Origin: Cyanidioschyzon merolae
Lineage: Eukaryota
Strand: one strand, 5' to 3'
Length of the DNA: 64,000 nucleotides
Assembly (NCBI GenBank): GCA_000091205.1
Contig: AP006487.2
Part shown: positions 1-10,769 of the stretch, in pieces
How the letters are laid out: each line of letters opens with the position of its first letter
Numbering within the stretch: position 1 is the stretch's first letter
The notes under the pieces: generated by a model
Databases searched by the model: none
Seen by the model: the letters and a program-made list of their open reading frames with translations, nothing else
Told to the model about the DNA's origin: nothing
Made by a program: the position numbers and the translations under genes

Positions 1-146
1 CGAATTGATGTGGCACTCAAAATAACAGAAGCAGGGGCATGCGCATGATGAATATGAGCCCACCGAGTCTGCAGCCCATACTGGTGATCGTGTAAGCTGG
101 AACAATTGTATTCCACGCTCAATGGAGCGAGAAAGTTTCGCGACCG

Positions 147-1190
147 ATGGGTAATTATATATCTACCCGCAGACGCCTCCCAGTCTTTTTTGACTGGCCC
201 CCTGTTATCGGTTTCAGCTTCTTCTTGTACACCTCGAGCGTCAAAGGCTGCCCCACGAAGCAGGATTGCGTCAGCTCCTCGTGTCTCGTCTTCAACAACA
301 CACACCATCTGATATTGACGACGGCGTCGAAATCTTGCTTCACAAACTCCTTGCGTTTGTTGCCTCTGATTGGACTCATCAATGCAAGGATTGCTAGAAC
401 TCGTGCCTCTGTGCCACTACAGTCACGTCATTGTCCCCTAGACTAGACACCCTCTCTCGCCCATATCCCTTCTTCTTCGTCAATCGCTCTTCTCCGCTCT
501 ATGGTCGGCGAGAAGAGGATATTTTCGTTGTTTCTCCGACAGCTGGCCACGACGGTCCTCCGGGATCGTCGAATTCCATTTCCATACCTTTGCCATGGAT
601 ATTTTATTTCTTCAAAATGATCGCACTTCTTCATGCCCTCAAGTGAAAACCATTTCTCAGGGAAGAGCACTTGCTCAAGGAAGGCATAATGTGCCCCGGT
701 ACAACCGTGTGCTGCAAGCTTCAGCGATTCCCCGAGTGGAGCGATCTCCACGTTTCACGATAGGAAACACATTCCTACGATGGGCTTGAACCACGGAGCG
801 TATGGAGGAATGAAAAGCAGGTCTGCCCCTATAGCATCCGCAAAAGCCCAAACGCAAGGAGAATGGAAAAATACCACAATTTCCAGTAAAAAAGATATCG
901 CCAGACGTTGGGAAAAGCCTTCAATGGCTCATTGAATTGGGTGCTGTTGTATGAGTCTTCTATAGGTGCGAAACTGATACCGCCAAACGAATCCACTGCA
1001 GCTGGAACAGATGATGTCGTCGTTCTCTTCGAGTTCGATCATATGTACATCGGGCGCCGTGCACTGCGAATACTCACACACGCTTCGATAGTTTCGCCCA
1101 AAGAAAGTCTCATCGACTACAACAAACGAACCGACGTGCGTGGACGTCATAATGATCGCTTATTTCCTGCAAAGCTTTCATTGTGATTTC
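147..1190 (-). mobile_element. Composite decayed repeat, copy 1: Tc1/mariner(IS630)-like DDE remnant (≈600–1190) plus TnpB/Fanzor-like C-terminal tail unit (147–≈600)
   Basis: Minus-strand reading gives 'FVVVDETFF' (DDE_3 first-Asp motif) and 'FIPPYAPWFKPI' (DDE_3 C-terminal PPYSPxLNPIE motif). Then 'VKQDFDAVVNIRWCVLLKTRHEEL…GQPLTLEV' (RD-NAA-NI RuvC-III-like). Terminal 'GGGTAATTATATATCTAC' at 147–164. Confidence 0.6.
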
Positions 1191-2517
1191 GGTGGAAAAT
1201 CGCCGCACTTGAACTAGGACCTTTTTTCAATTGTATTCCAATGTTCACAGGAGCTCACGAGCTAGCTGTCGAGAAAGAGAGATGCCCATTCTGGCTACTA
1301 TCATAGCTTTTGCGTTCCGTAAGCTGATAAACGTACCGTTTTTGTACTATAGACCGAGATCAGTTTTTAGAAATATCTGCTATTGGCGCGGAGCGCATCT
1401 ACTTGTTTCTTTCAGTGTTCCTCAACTATCTGCGTACTGCGGTATACCTGACCAGTAAGACGAGTACAGCCCGCCTTGCACCGTTCAGTACAGTATGTAT
1501 ACCCTACACGCAATTCGTTTACGAAATTTACGGCCTACTGGATACTGATTTCTGTTTCTTTCTCTTTTCTGTCAAATAGCATTCTGTTACACTCAGCTCG
1601 GGTGGAACAAAATTAAGCTAATACCTATGAAGAAACATACTCCGCGGACTCAACTCTTTTCTGTGTTGTTTACGTGGAAAAGTCTATTGGATGCAGACTT
1701 GAGTCATCCGGGGGATATCGTTAAGTGGTGAGCGGGTCAGCGTTTTGCACGAGGGGAGCGTTGACGGATCGCGATTTCTCGTATTGATATCTTACCTGGG
1801 GGTTCCGTACAGTACTTTATCGCATTCCACAAATATTCTATCGAATGCAACAACGAGCACTTGCACTTGTGGCGAACAGAGTGCTCTCCGAAGCGGTCGA
1901 TGAAAAGAAACATGGTCTTAAGATACGTCGCCAGGCGCGAATACGGAGGAATGCACAAGTGGGACCTTCCTGTACATGTTGAGAGTATGTTTTGAGCAAT
2001 GAAGTTCACGTTCACGAATTGAGGTATGAGACGCAGAGGAGTTAGTGTGGGGTTTGTAAGGCACTATAGCATCACGGCTACGTGTCACAGCAATGAAAAG
2101 TGCATCTCTGGTATATGCGCAGAAGATGAATAACGCGAAGCACTCGTTGGTCGCATGGCCTGCATGAGCATGAATTCCCTGGCGAATAGTCGGAAGCAGC
2201 GAAATCGGGAGTTTAACGCTGCCATCAACGTTCTCAGACAGCTGACAAGAGAGCTGGAGGTACAATAGAGACCGGCGTATTCGAAACAAGAAATATGAGA
2301 GAAGAAAAGGAAGCGGTCGCACGAAGTACCCGTCAGGCCACTGTGTATAACAGTGAGAAGGAAGCCAAAGCAAAGAGGTAACACCTACGGTAGGGAACCT
2401 GTCCGATTTTTATCTGACATGATGTAAATTACGCCACAGTTCCAACAAATTTTTAGTATCTCTGCTCGACTTTAGGATACGGGTTTTCGAAAAGTTTTTA
2501 GAAAACCTTTACTTTTA

Positions 2518-3606
2518 GTGTCTTTAAACCTACCAGCGTTTCTCATGGTTGATTTTCACTTGCTGCTCTCGCGACTTTGGGAAAAGCTCGTGCTGACAGG
2601 ACCGGTCACACTCTGCGTAGGTTTGCAGCTGCTGACAACTTTTCGCTCATTTCGGCAGAGTGAAGGTGACCTACTGCTTCGAATTCTTCGCCTGGCCACA
2701 TATGAGCTGCCTTTCTTTATGAATCTCGTCTTTTGGACTTGTACTGCGCTTGCTGCCACGTTGAGCTCCTCGAGCTACACAGATCGCGGCAACTTTCACA
2801 GATCCTCCGTCGCGAGCTTCTCTCTTGGTCTTTTCGTTTTCGTGGATTCTACAAGGTTCATTTTCGAGCACTTGGAAGGGAGTATTTTTCAGAAACGACG
2901 CCTAGCGAGGCCCGTTCAACCCGCGAATGACCCGCACGCTGTTTATATTCACCTAGCATGTATAGCTGTATGTTTAGTATACATCTTCACTTCATTCTGG
3001 AAGAAATGGGGAGTTTTATCGAGTGATGTTACTTTTGTGAACTTTTTCACAGCGCTGATTGTTATCTATGTCAATCGCATCTCATTGGAATTGGCTTGCA
3101 CTGCGCAACAAGCAAACAGTGTCGAGTTTTTCGCCGGATGCGAACTAGCAACAAAACGAGTCCTATTACATGGAATGATATCAGCGATTCTCGGTTTTGC
3201 TGTCATGTGGTTTAATATGCTGCCGATTCTCATGGTAGTCCCTTCAAAACGAACCACGAGACTTGAAATAGCGATCAAGCGTGTCGCAGCACTTCCGGGG
3301 TGCCGTAGAATCATTAGCGCGCTCCTCTGGCGTAACTTAGAGGGGCACTGGGAGGCAGCTGTTTCCATGGCAGTTTGTGATGAACTCAGTCAGCACTTGG
3401 TAGCATCATTGGCAAGGGGTTGCATGAAATCATGCGCAGACGATGTGACATCCATGGCGGTTCTAGAAAGAGAGAACGCTGTGCCCGTCCGTGAAAGTCG
3501 CCAAACTTGTGAGCGCTCTTTCGGTACAGAGCACTTTTTAGATATTGAGCAAGCAAAATCAATTCCGACCGCCTCAACGTGTCTCATGCATAATCATGCG
3601 GAGTAG
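2518..3606 (+). CDS. Hypothetical multi-pass membrane protein (362 aa)
   Basis: Long uninterrupted ORF with several hydrophobic stretches (e.g. IAVCLVYIFTSFW, ISAILGFAVMWFNMLPILMVV). No recognised family motif. Confidence 0.35.
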   Translation: MSLNLPAFLMVDFHLLLSRLWEKLVLTGPVTLCVGLQLLTTFRSFRQSEGDLLLRILRLATYELPFFMNLVFWTCTALAATLSSSSYTDRGNFHRSSVASFSLGLFVFVDSTRFIFEHLEGSIFQKRRLARPVQPANDPHAVYIHLACIAVCLVYIFTSFWKKWGVLSSDVTFVNFFTALIVIYVNRISLELACTAQQANSVEFFAGCELATKRVLLHGMISAILGFAVMWFNMLPILMVVPSKRTTRLEIAIKRVAALPGCRRIISALLWRNLEGHWEAAVSMAVCDELSQHLVASLARGCMKSCADDVTSMAVLERENAVPVRESRQTCERSFGTEHFLDIEQAKSIPTASTCLMHNHAE

Positions 3607-4214
3607 AGAACGAATCTTGCTGCCAGCTCATCGATTTCGTGTCCGGGTCTAAAAGAACACAATTATTTGCGCGATCCAAAAGTCTAATACACGGTACGAA
3701 TTAAATTGTGCGCGCTGCGAGAAAACTAGGCGAGTTTTTCGATTTTTACAGTTACCATCCGGGTGATTTCCATGTATTGAACAGAGTCGCTGGCTATCGA
3801 ATATATAGGGAATCATGCAAGTAACAAGTGAACATTAGACAGAATGCCTATCCCTTAAATGGTTTACCAAATGTCGCGATGGCGCTTCTCAAATCTTCTG
3901 TGATCTTTGGAGTGGAAAGCAAACAGGTCTTTTTTACTTTTGCGAAAGGTTTTCCATGTTTCGCAGCTGCTTGTTTAGCGCATTTACTCGTATTTTGTGG
4001 ATTTTTAAGTTTTCTCTTCTCTGAAGCCTTTTGAGGACCCTGTTTACGGATTGCACGAGTTCTAGCAGTTCGATTATTCGTGCAAGATTTGCTTGGACAT
4101 CGTGCTTCGTATATTCCTTTCTTGGTGCCCAAAAACTCAGCTGACCTCTATACTGTTTAGAATTTTTCCGCGATGGCTTGAATCCTCAAAATCCAGAGAG
4201 GGCGCTACTGGTTT

Positions 4215-5171
4215 GTGAATTTCGTTCCTAAATTTACGGCGGTTATTTGTTGTTCTGAAGCCGTGAGGCCTCTCCTATATACTTTCGGACGCACCAAGTT
4301 TCTGCACTTTCGAACTTTCTGTCGAGACTCCGTTGGGGTTGGAATTGCAAAGCCTTCGAACTGTAGCGAAGCATACTTGAATACCGTGGGTGAGTCGGCG
4401 GAGATGTTTACTAACTTACTCGTATCTTCAAGAGTTTTTGTCAAAGGTCACGCACAGATCGAGCGCGGGAGGCCGGAAAAGCTGCTGCTTAGACGCCCAT
4501 ACGGGACGAAAGCACCTCATAAAGGTTCTCTCTTGTTTCTATTGAGTGAAGTTGCAGATGAGAAACCCAACCGAGATAGTGAGGAAAAATTCTCTTTTGG
4601 TTACCTTCGCTCGTCGGAGGAGGACCCGAAGCCAGAGAGTCAATTGGCGGAAATCCGAGACTTTCTGCCACCAACGCTACGGGAATATGTCGATTTCACA
4701 AACTCAGAAGCGAAACGAAACCTAGACTTAACAGAAAAGAATCTTGATATGAAAGCTATTTTGAAACCCAAGTCTCGACCGCCTGACACGAGGCAATTTG
4801 ACATTTCGTTGTATTCCATCGCAGAACTCGCGGAGGACTATCATGTGCCACCCGAGTGGCTGATCGAAGTCCTTGTGGATATTGGTCTTGATCTTCCAAT
4901 ACGGCTCTCTGATACTCTTACTGACTTGGGCGCCTCAGACGACGATATCCAAGAGCTTATCAATCGATTGCATGGAGTGAGCCGCGAAGATGTTCTTGAC
5001 TGGTATACAGATGAGACTCTTGAGGAGTATGCCACAGAGTACGGAGTCGATCTCGACGAAATGCTTGCAGCAGCAGCCGAGGTGGGAATTTTATTATCGA
5101 TGGGCCCTTTGACGAGAATTCGGCGTGAGCAGCGGACACAGCTTTTTAAACGACTTGGCATATTCACATGA
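4215..5171 (+). CDS. Hypothetical protein with acidic C-terminal region (318 aa)
   Basis: 957-nt ORF with no recognised domain. Partly overlapped by a 127-aa antisense ORF, so the coding strand is not certain. Confidence 0.3.
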   Translation: MNFVPKFTAVICCSEAVRPLLYTFGRTKFLHFRTFCRDSVGVGIAKPSNCSEAYLNTVGESAEMFTNLLVSSRVFVKGHAQIERGRPEKLLLRRPYGTKAPHKGSLLFLLSEVADEKPNRDSEEKFSFGYLRSSEEDPKPESQLAEIRDFLPPTLREYVDFTNSEAKRNLDLTEKNLDMKAILKPKSRPPDTRQFDISLYSIAELAEDYHVPPEWLIEVLVDIGLDLPIRLSDTLTDLGASDDDIQELINRLHGVSREDVLDWYTDETLEEYATEYGVDLDEMLAAAAEVGILLSMGPLTRIRREQRTQLFKRLGIFT

Positions 5172-5195
5172 CCAAAAAAGATAGAGACTGCAAAA

Positions 5196-7043
5196 TCACC
5201 AGGCAATTCTCTGGACGGTTCCATCTGCTCCTCCTGTTAGAAGGGACCCATTCTTTTCTAACGGAGAACATCTAAGGACTGCTTTCCCTGCATGAGCATC
5301 GGGCTTTTCCCAAAGCATAGCCGCAGCACGATTCTGAAACTGGGACTCTGTTGGTATGCACCGCAGGTCCCATGCCCGAACTGCGCCATCGTAACCAACC
5401 GAAAAAATCGCCTCCGTTCCCTGGTAATGCCCAGACTCTGGAATCCGGGTAAGCAAAGCAACATCTGAAATGAATGTTTTCCCGTGAGCTGCTCTAAGAG
5501 TCGCGCCCTTCGTTTTTCCCACAGGGGCTTCTCTTGGATCCAGCAAACGTATGCTTCCGTCTACGCAACCAACGATAAGCAAGTTATCGTAAGAGTTTTC
5601 AGCATTTGCGGCTTTCCATGATACGAAACAATTTGGCCTAGTTCCAGCAAGGAGCATCTCGTGCACGCAAGCGCACTGCTCTACGTCCCAGATACGAACG
5701 GAACCATCCCAGGAGGCGCTGCAGACTAAAGCAGCGCTCCCCTGGCTCGACGATAACCAGCGTACACAACGTATAGGGCTGCCAGACCCATGGCCTTGTA
5801 AGCCGACGATCGATGTAACGGTTGCTTTCGCACCTCGGCTCTCAAAACCGTTGGCAGGGCCTTTTGCCAGAATTATCGTCTCAGCGGCGTCGGTTGACGC
5901 AGTGATATCCCAGCGGAATGCAGCGACGCTGCCTCTAGAATCTCCATAGGTGACCCAGCTACCTGCAGTCTCCACATCAATGGATTCGATTGAGGCTCTC
6001 TGACGCACTAGAGCGGAGGTGCTCGAATCCCGAAGGAGAGTTTGCGAAAAGGCTAGAGGCGTGCACTGTGCCGCCTCTTGCTCGAACGAAAAGATTACGA
6101 TATTTCCTGACAGGGTCCCTGCTGCGAGATATTCCGAACCTGTTAGAAATGAGCCTTTCTGTTGTAGCCTTGGATAGTCGGAAGAAACGAGACCCGCTGG
6201 CTGCTTCAAGCGCCCACCAGTCGCGTGTGTCATCCGTTCGGAAAAACCGATTGTCCGTGAATCCTTGCTCGCGAGCCCTGCCCTTTCGTCAGCTTCGCCT
6301 CTGGAAGGACTCGTTCGTTTCGATTCATCTTTGTCAACGGGTTTCATGGATGCCACAGTCAAATGCCTTGACATGTTTCGCTGTTTCGGATCCGGCTTTG
6401 CTTCCGGATCCTCCCAAGCAAAGGCCACCTCGGGTCGGGTGAACCATGCGAGCGCTCGAACCTGTTCTTGCAAGTGCGACTCGTCAAGCGTCAGTCGCCG
6501 CATGACCTCAACTGAGGGGCCGAAGAGCTCCAGGAGGCCACCTTTTCCACCGAGGCCGTAGTAGGCGACGATTTCAACGTCATCCGAGCGGGAACCCTGT
6601 CTTTTCAAGCATGACAAGCTCCAAACCCAGTTATTATTGCCGTCTATTTCGGCTAAAGTTTCTTCTTGTCGGGGTTCCGCGTGGCAGAGAAAGTATTCTA
6701 CGTGTAGCGTTGTCTCAAGCGGGATACCTCTGCGTTCGCAAAACTTCCCCAACGGGGCCCTTAGTAGGCTCCCTGTCAGCCTGGAGCTCAAGCTAGACTC
6801 CCTCTGTACACGCTGTCGTACTGGTGGCTCCCCGTAAACAACGAAATCGAAAAGGAGCCTGTCATCGCCGCTCTCTAACACCGGAATACCAAAAAGCTCT
6901 CTAAGAATGTTCTCTAAACCCTTGCGTCCGAAAGAGACAGGGACTCTTATCTCCAGCCCATCAGCATGCGCATACTTTGCCACCCCGGAGACGTCATAGA
7001 AACGAAGTTGAACACTATCTGGGACCATAGCGTTCGAGGACAC
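5196..7043 (-). CDS. WDR12/Ytm1-like ribosome-biogenesis WD40 protein (NLE-type N-terminal domain plus WD repeats)
   Basis: N-terminus 'VQLRFYDVSGVAKYAH…LLFDFVVYGE…LETTLHVEYF' matches the NLE/Ytm1 N-terminal domain pattern (human WDR12 'LQTRFYT…KYAV…FDFLI…VEIEYV'). The C-terminal half has WD repeats ('ASWDGSVRIWDVEQ', 'GGADGTVQRIAW' against WDR12 'ASWDHTIRVWDVES', 'GGADNKLYSY'). It is about 190 aa longer than typical because of internal insertions. Confidence 0.7.
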   Translation of the reverse strand: MSSNAMVPDSVQLRFYDVSGVAKYAHADGLEIRVPVSFGRKGLENILRELFGIPVLESGDDRLLFDFVVYGEPPVRQRVQRESSLSSRLTGSLLRAPLGKFCERRGIPLETTLHVEYFLCHAEPRQEETLAEIDGNNNWVWSLSCLKRQGSRSDDVEIVAYYGLGGKGGLLELFGPSVEVMRRLTLDESHLQEQVRALAWFTRPEVAFAWEDPEAKPDPKQRNMSRHLTVASMKPVDKDESKRTSPSRGEADERAGLASKDSRTIGFSERMTHATGGRLKQPAGLVSSDYPRLQQKGSFLTGSEYLAAGTLSGNIVIFSFEQEAAQCTPLAFSQTLLRDSSTSALVRQRASIESIDVETAGSWVTYGDSRGSVAAFRWDITASTDAAETIILAKGPANGFESRGAKATVTSIVGLQGHGSGSPIRCVRWLSSSQGSAALVCSASWDGSVRIWDVEQCACVHEMLLAGTRPNCFVSWKAANAENSYDNLLIVGCVDGSIRLLDPREAPVGKTKGATLRAAHGKTFISDVALLTRIPESGHYQGTEAIFSVGYDGAVRAWDLRCIPTESQFQNRAAAMLWEKPDAHAGKAVLRCSPLEKNGSLLTGGADGTVQRIAW

Positions 7044-7140
7044 CGACTGCTATCGGGACGCCAAACGGCGCCATCAAATTTCAGACTGAGACTGCATTTA
7101 CAGATCACTGGTGGAGCGAAATAGTTTCTGTTCTTTCTAG

Positions 7141-8280
7141 GATAGACTAATATCCACCCGCGGACGCCTCCCGCCCTTTTTTGGTCGCTCCCCTACTACC
7201 GATTCCAGCTTCTCCTTGCACATGTAAACCCTAAGAGGCTATCCCACGTGGTTTGGTCGCTTCAGCTCCTTGGGTCTCGTCTTCAGCACCGCACATCGTC
7301 TGATGCTGCTAGCGGCATTGGAGTCCCTGCTCACGAACTCCAAGCTTGCTCTACCTCTGATGGAAGTCATTCACTGAAGGATTCTTCGAACTCGCGCCGT
7401 CAGTGCTACTTCCTGCTCTGTCAGCTCTCCGTGCTTTTCTATCGCAGAAGCGCTCCGCTGGGTTCTCTCCATCTCGACCTTCTGAAGCGTACACCACAGA
7501 GCATCCCCTCGATTTTTAAAACGAACACAGTTGTTTCTGACCTTATAAACGGACATTTCCGGAGGGAGAAGCACTTGCACAAGGAAGACGGGAATTGCCA
7601 CGGTGTCATCGTGTGCTGAACGCCTCAGTGATTTGCCCGGTGGAGCGATCATTACGTTACGCGACCGAAAATCTTTCTCCGATAGGCTTGAACCATAGAG
7701 CGTACGTAGGACTCAACCAGCTCTTCTCCCCGATAGCATCGGCAAAAGACAAAACGCAAGGTGAATGGTGAAATGCCATGTTTCCAGTAGAAAGACATCG
7801 CCAGACGTCAGGGGAAAGTCTTGAATGATTCAAGGAATTGGGCGCTTTCGTATGAGCTTTCTCTACGAGCGAAGCTGATAGCGCCAAATGAATCCACTGC
7901 AGCTAGAACAGTTGGTAAGCTCGTTCTCTACGAGCTCGCTCGTACACCGAACGGACTCCATCTCCGCGAATAACCAAAAACGCTCTCACCGTTCCGTCTG
8001 AAGAAGCCTTATCGACTGGAAAAACAAACCATCGTCCCTCTGCTTCATATCGATCGCCGAGTTCCGAGAAAGCTGTCGTTGCGATTTTGATGGAAGATGG
8101 CCGTGCGTTGACTAGGACTTTTGTTGCGACTGCATTCCAGTGTTTCCACGGCCACACAAATAAGCTGGTGAGAAACAGTGACGCCCCTGGGAGCCTTCCA
8201 TCGTCGCTTTTGCTCTCCATCAGGTGGTCAGCGGGTCGTTTTCTACCATCGACCGCAAGCACGCTTTGAGGGTATCTGTT
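7141..8280 (-). mobile_element. Composite decayed repeat, copy 2 (Tc1-like remnant ≈7660–8280; TnpB/Fanzor-like tail 7141–≈7660)
   Basis: Colinear with copy 1. 'GDGVRSVYERARRERAYQLF' parallels other copies' 'GDGVCAMYERTCRERACHQLF'. 'LSPTYALWFKPIGERFS' is the DDE C-terminal remnant. Degenerate 'RDSNAASSI'. Terminal 'GGTGGATATTAGTCTATC' (reverse complement at 7141–7158). Confidence 0.55.
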
Positions 8281-9248
8281 TTTGCAGAGCAGCGCATCTA
8301 TTTCTTTCTTTCAGTGTTCCTCAATAATCTGAATACTGTGCCATGACTGGCACGAAGGAGGATTGCAGTGCTCTGTGCACTGTACAGTCAAGATATATAT
8401 CCTACAGGCAATTCTTCTACGAGATATGCGGTACACTGCATCAATAGTTCGATCTCCAGTTATCCACCGCTGTAGCGGTGGTACAAAATGGATTTAAAAG
8501 ACTACAAGTGCAAGCTGCGCGCCATTTACCCGCTCGGTAATCCCTTTAGCATTTGTTCTGACATCGCTGAACGATGGCAGGTTTGCGCGAAAACCGACTC
8601 GTGTCGAGTATATTCCGCGGCGCACATCTAGTCAATGTGGCTTTCTATTCGCTTGCTTAATTCTGAGGAGCGTGTTGCGGAATCCGCATAGAATCCCTCC
8701 CAAGACAAACCCGATGCTTCACATACCGTTGAAGCAGACAGGGACCTCGTACTGCCTTGCTTACTCGATACCACCGAAGGAAAGCCCTCTTTGCAGACAG
8801 TTAATGATCGTCATATCTGTTGCCAATGAGTTGTTCTGCTTGCATGTATAGAACAGTGTCCGCAAATAGTTGTTTGATCGTGACAGGTACGGAGTCGTTG
8901 ATTGTAATGTGACGCTTTACTTCGGCCCCAAACTTCCGCTTCAATAGCCCCTTTGAGATGTTTCAACTCTAAAGGTGCACAGCTTAGAGGGGCTGCCTGC
9001 TTCCATTTTTCCATAGGGTACACTTTCTTCGCCGTACTATTGCCGGAGAATCTTCCGCGCTCGCCGCAACTCGTCGACTTGATTGCAACCAACACAGCAG
9101 CACCCCCAGCACTTTCAGCACTCCCAGCACAGAAGGTTCAGCGCGACGTCTTGCTATTAATGGAAATCGGATAAATGTCACCAGATGCCTATTTTGTTTA
9201 GAGAGACATTTTTATGAACGATGGAAAAATTTTGCGTCCGCGGAGTTA

Positions 9249-10769
9249 TTAGCCCTTAATGACAGCCACAGGTCGCAATTTCACACATTTGCAGCTTATT
9301 CCCGCTGCATGGCACGTATTGACAACTTCTGTGACGTCCTTGTAACTCTCCGGCGCCTCTTCTGAAACGAGCTTTGGTGAAGCAACTCGAATGCTGATGC
9401 CTTTCCGCTCCAGGTTTTCAAGCACTTGGTGATAGTCGAGTTTTCGACGGCTCTCGTTCCTCGATCGTGCGCGCCCTGCACCGTGACAGGTGGAACCGAA
9501 CGTCTCAGCCATCGCTCGCTCCGTTCCCGTGAGTACGTAACTGCAAGTGCCCATCGTTCCACCCACTAACACGGGTTGTCCAGTTTCCTGGTAGGAGATC
9601 GGCATCAACGGGTGATATGGAGGAAAGGCACGCGTTGCTCCCTTGCGGTGAACAAGCAGCTCCACTGGGCGTCCATCAACTAGATGCTCCTCAAATTTCG
9701 CGATGTTGTGAGAAACGTCATATACAACATGCATATCCAGATCATCAGGAGATGAGTTAAACGTTTTTGCGAAGGCTTGGCGAGCAAGGAACGTCATTGA
9801 GGATCGATTCACCCACGCAAAGTTCGCTGCTGCCGCCATAGCAGCGATATAATCCTGACCTTCTCTTGAATTAATTCGAGCGCAAGCCAGTTGCCGGTCA
9901 TTCACCTGTATCCGATCACGATTCATCGCTCGTTCCATTTCAACTAGAGCATCAGTTGCCACCTGGTGGCCAAGCCCGCGGCTCCCCGAATGTATCATTA
10001 CCACAACCTGACAAAGCTCTTCAATTCCCATTTTTTTCGCAGCAGCCTGATCAAAAATTTCATCAACAATCTGTATTTCTGCATAGTGATTTCCTGCTCC
10101 AAGAGTGCCGAGTTGGGGCAAGCCTCTCTTTTTCGCCCGAGCGCTTACCTTTTCCGGATTTGCCCGAAGCATACGCCCATACTCCTCGCAGTGCTCTTTG
10201 TCTTCCGCCCATGAATAGCCTTCGCGTAGTGACCAATCCATGCCGCTGGCCAGCGCCTCCTCGAGGTCTCGAGACGTTGTTGGAATAATACCACGAGAGC
10301 CGACACCCACTGGAAGGTGATCGAAAAGTGCCTGAGCTACTTGCTCTCGCACAGGTTGTAGATCGTTCTCGAAGAGATTCGTGCGCAGAAGCCTCACTCC
10401 GCAGTTGATATCGAACCCGACGCCGCCGGGAGAAACGACTGCCTCAGGATCATCAGTGCGAAACGCAGCGACGTTGCCAATGGCGAATCCATAGCCACTG
10501 TGCAAGTCCGGCATCGCAAGGGAGTAGCCAACTATTCCGGGGAGGCTAGCTACGTTAGCGACTTGTTTAACGGCCGGAAGGAAACTGCCCGCACTGCCTC
10601 TTCCGCACGCAACCCGGAGCTCCTCGAAAACGAGTTCTTCTAAACTTTCATTCACGTAAAACGCCCCGTCGACTCTCATGTTCGGCACAAAACCCTTTTC
10701 GATTTCGTACCGTGTCTCTGAAACTTTTCGAATGTACTTCTTTTCTTCCTCATAATCGCGGAAACGCAT
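9249..10769 (-). CDS. RTCB: tRNA-splicing ligase RtcB (HSPC117 homolog), 507 aa
   Basis: Near-colinear, very high similarity to human RTCB along the whole length ('KGFVPNM…GYGFAIGN…[17 protein letters not shown]…[10 protein letters not shown]…[14 protein letters not shown]…GTMGTCSY…CHGAGR…LRPVAVIKG'). The six-frame ORF runs on to 11096, but the conserved start aligns at Met 110 ('MRFRDYEEE…', ATG at 10769). No introns. Confidence 0.9.
   Translation of the reverse strand: MRFRDYEEEKKYIRKVSETRYEIEKGFVPNMRVDGAFYVNESLEELVFEELRVACGRGSAGSFLPAVKQVANVASLPGIVGYSLAMPDLHSGYGFAIGNVAAFRTDDPEAVVSPGGVGFDINCGVRLLRTNLFENDLQPVREQVAQALFDHLPVGVGSRGIIPTTSRDLEEALASGMDWSLREGYSWAEDKEHCEEYGRMLRANPEKVSARAKKRGLPQLGTLGAGNHYAEIQIVDEIFDQAAAKKMGIEELCQVVVMIHSGSRGLGHQVATDALVEMERAMNRDRIQVNDRQLACARINSREGQDYIAAMAAAANFAWVNRSSMTFLARQAFAKTFNSSPDDLDMHVVYDVSHNIAKFEEHLVDGRPVELLVHRKGATRAFPPYHPLMPISYQETGQPVLVGGTMGTCSYVLTGTERAMAETFGSTCHGAGRARSRNESRRKLDYHQVLENLERKGISIRVASPKLVSEEAPESYKDVTEVVNTCHAAGISCKCVKLRPVAVIKG

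Noticed and set aside
4205-4444. Any CRISPR array, rRNA, or prokaryotic-style operon structure.
   Set aside because: No short direct repeats with regular unique spacers. Gene organisation (alternating strands, eukaryote-specific proteins such as Spo11, UAP56, PP1, cornichon, WDR12) is eukaryotic. No rRNA-like stretches recognised.
5990-6561. Plus-strand ORFs of 150 and 98 aa antisense to the WD40 gene. Similarly the 206-aa ORF 18209–18829 inside the transporter gene and 56578–57093 inside the polyQ gene.
   Set aside because: They are fully contained in, and antisense or out of frame to, well-supported longer genes, and have no recognisable motifs. Treated as shadow ORFs.
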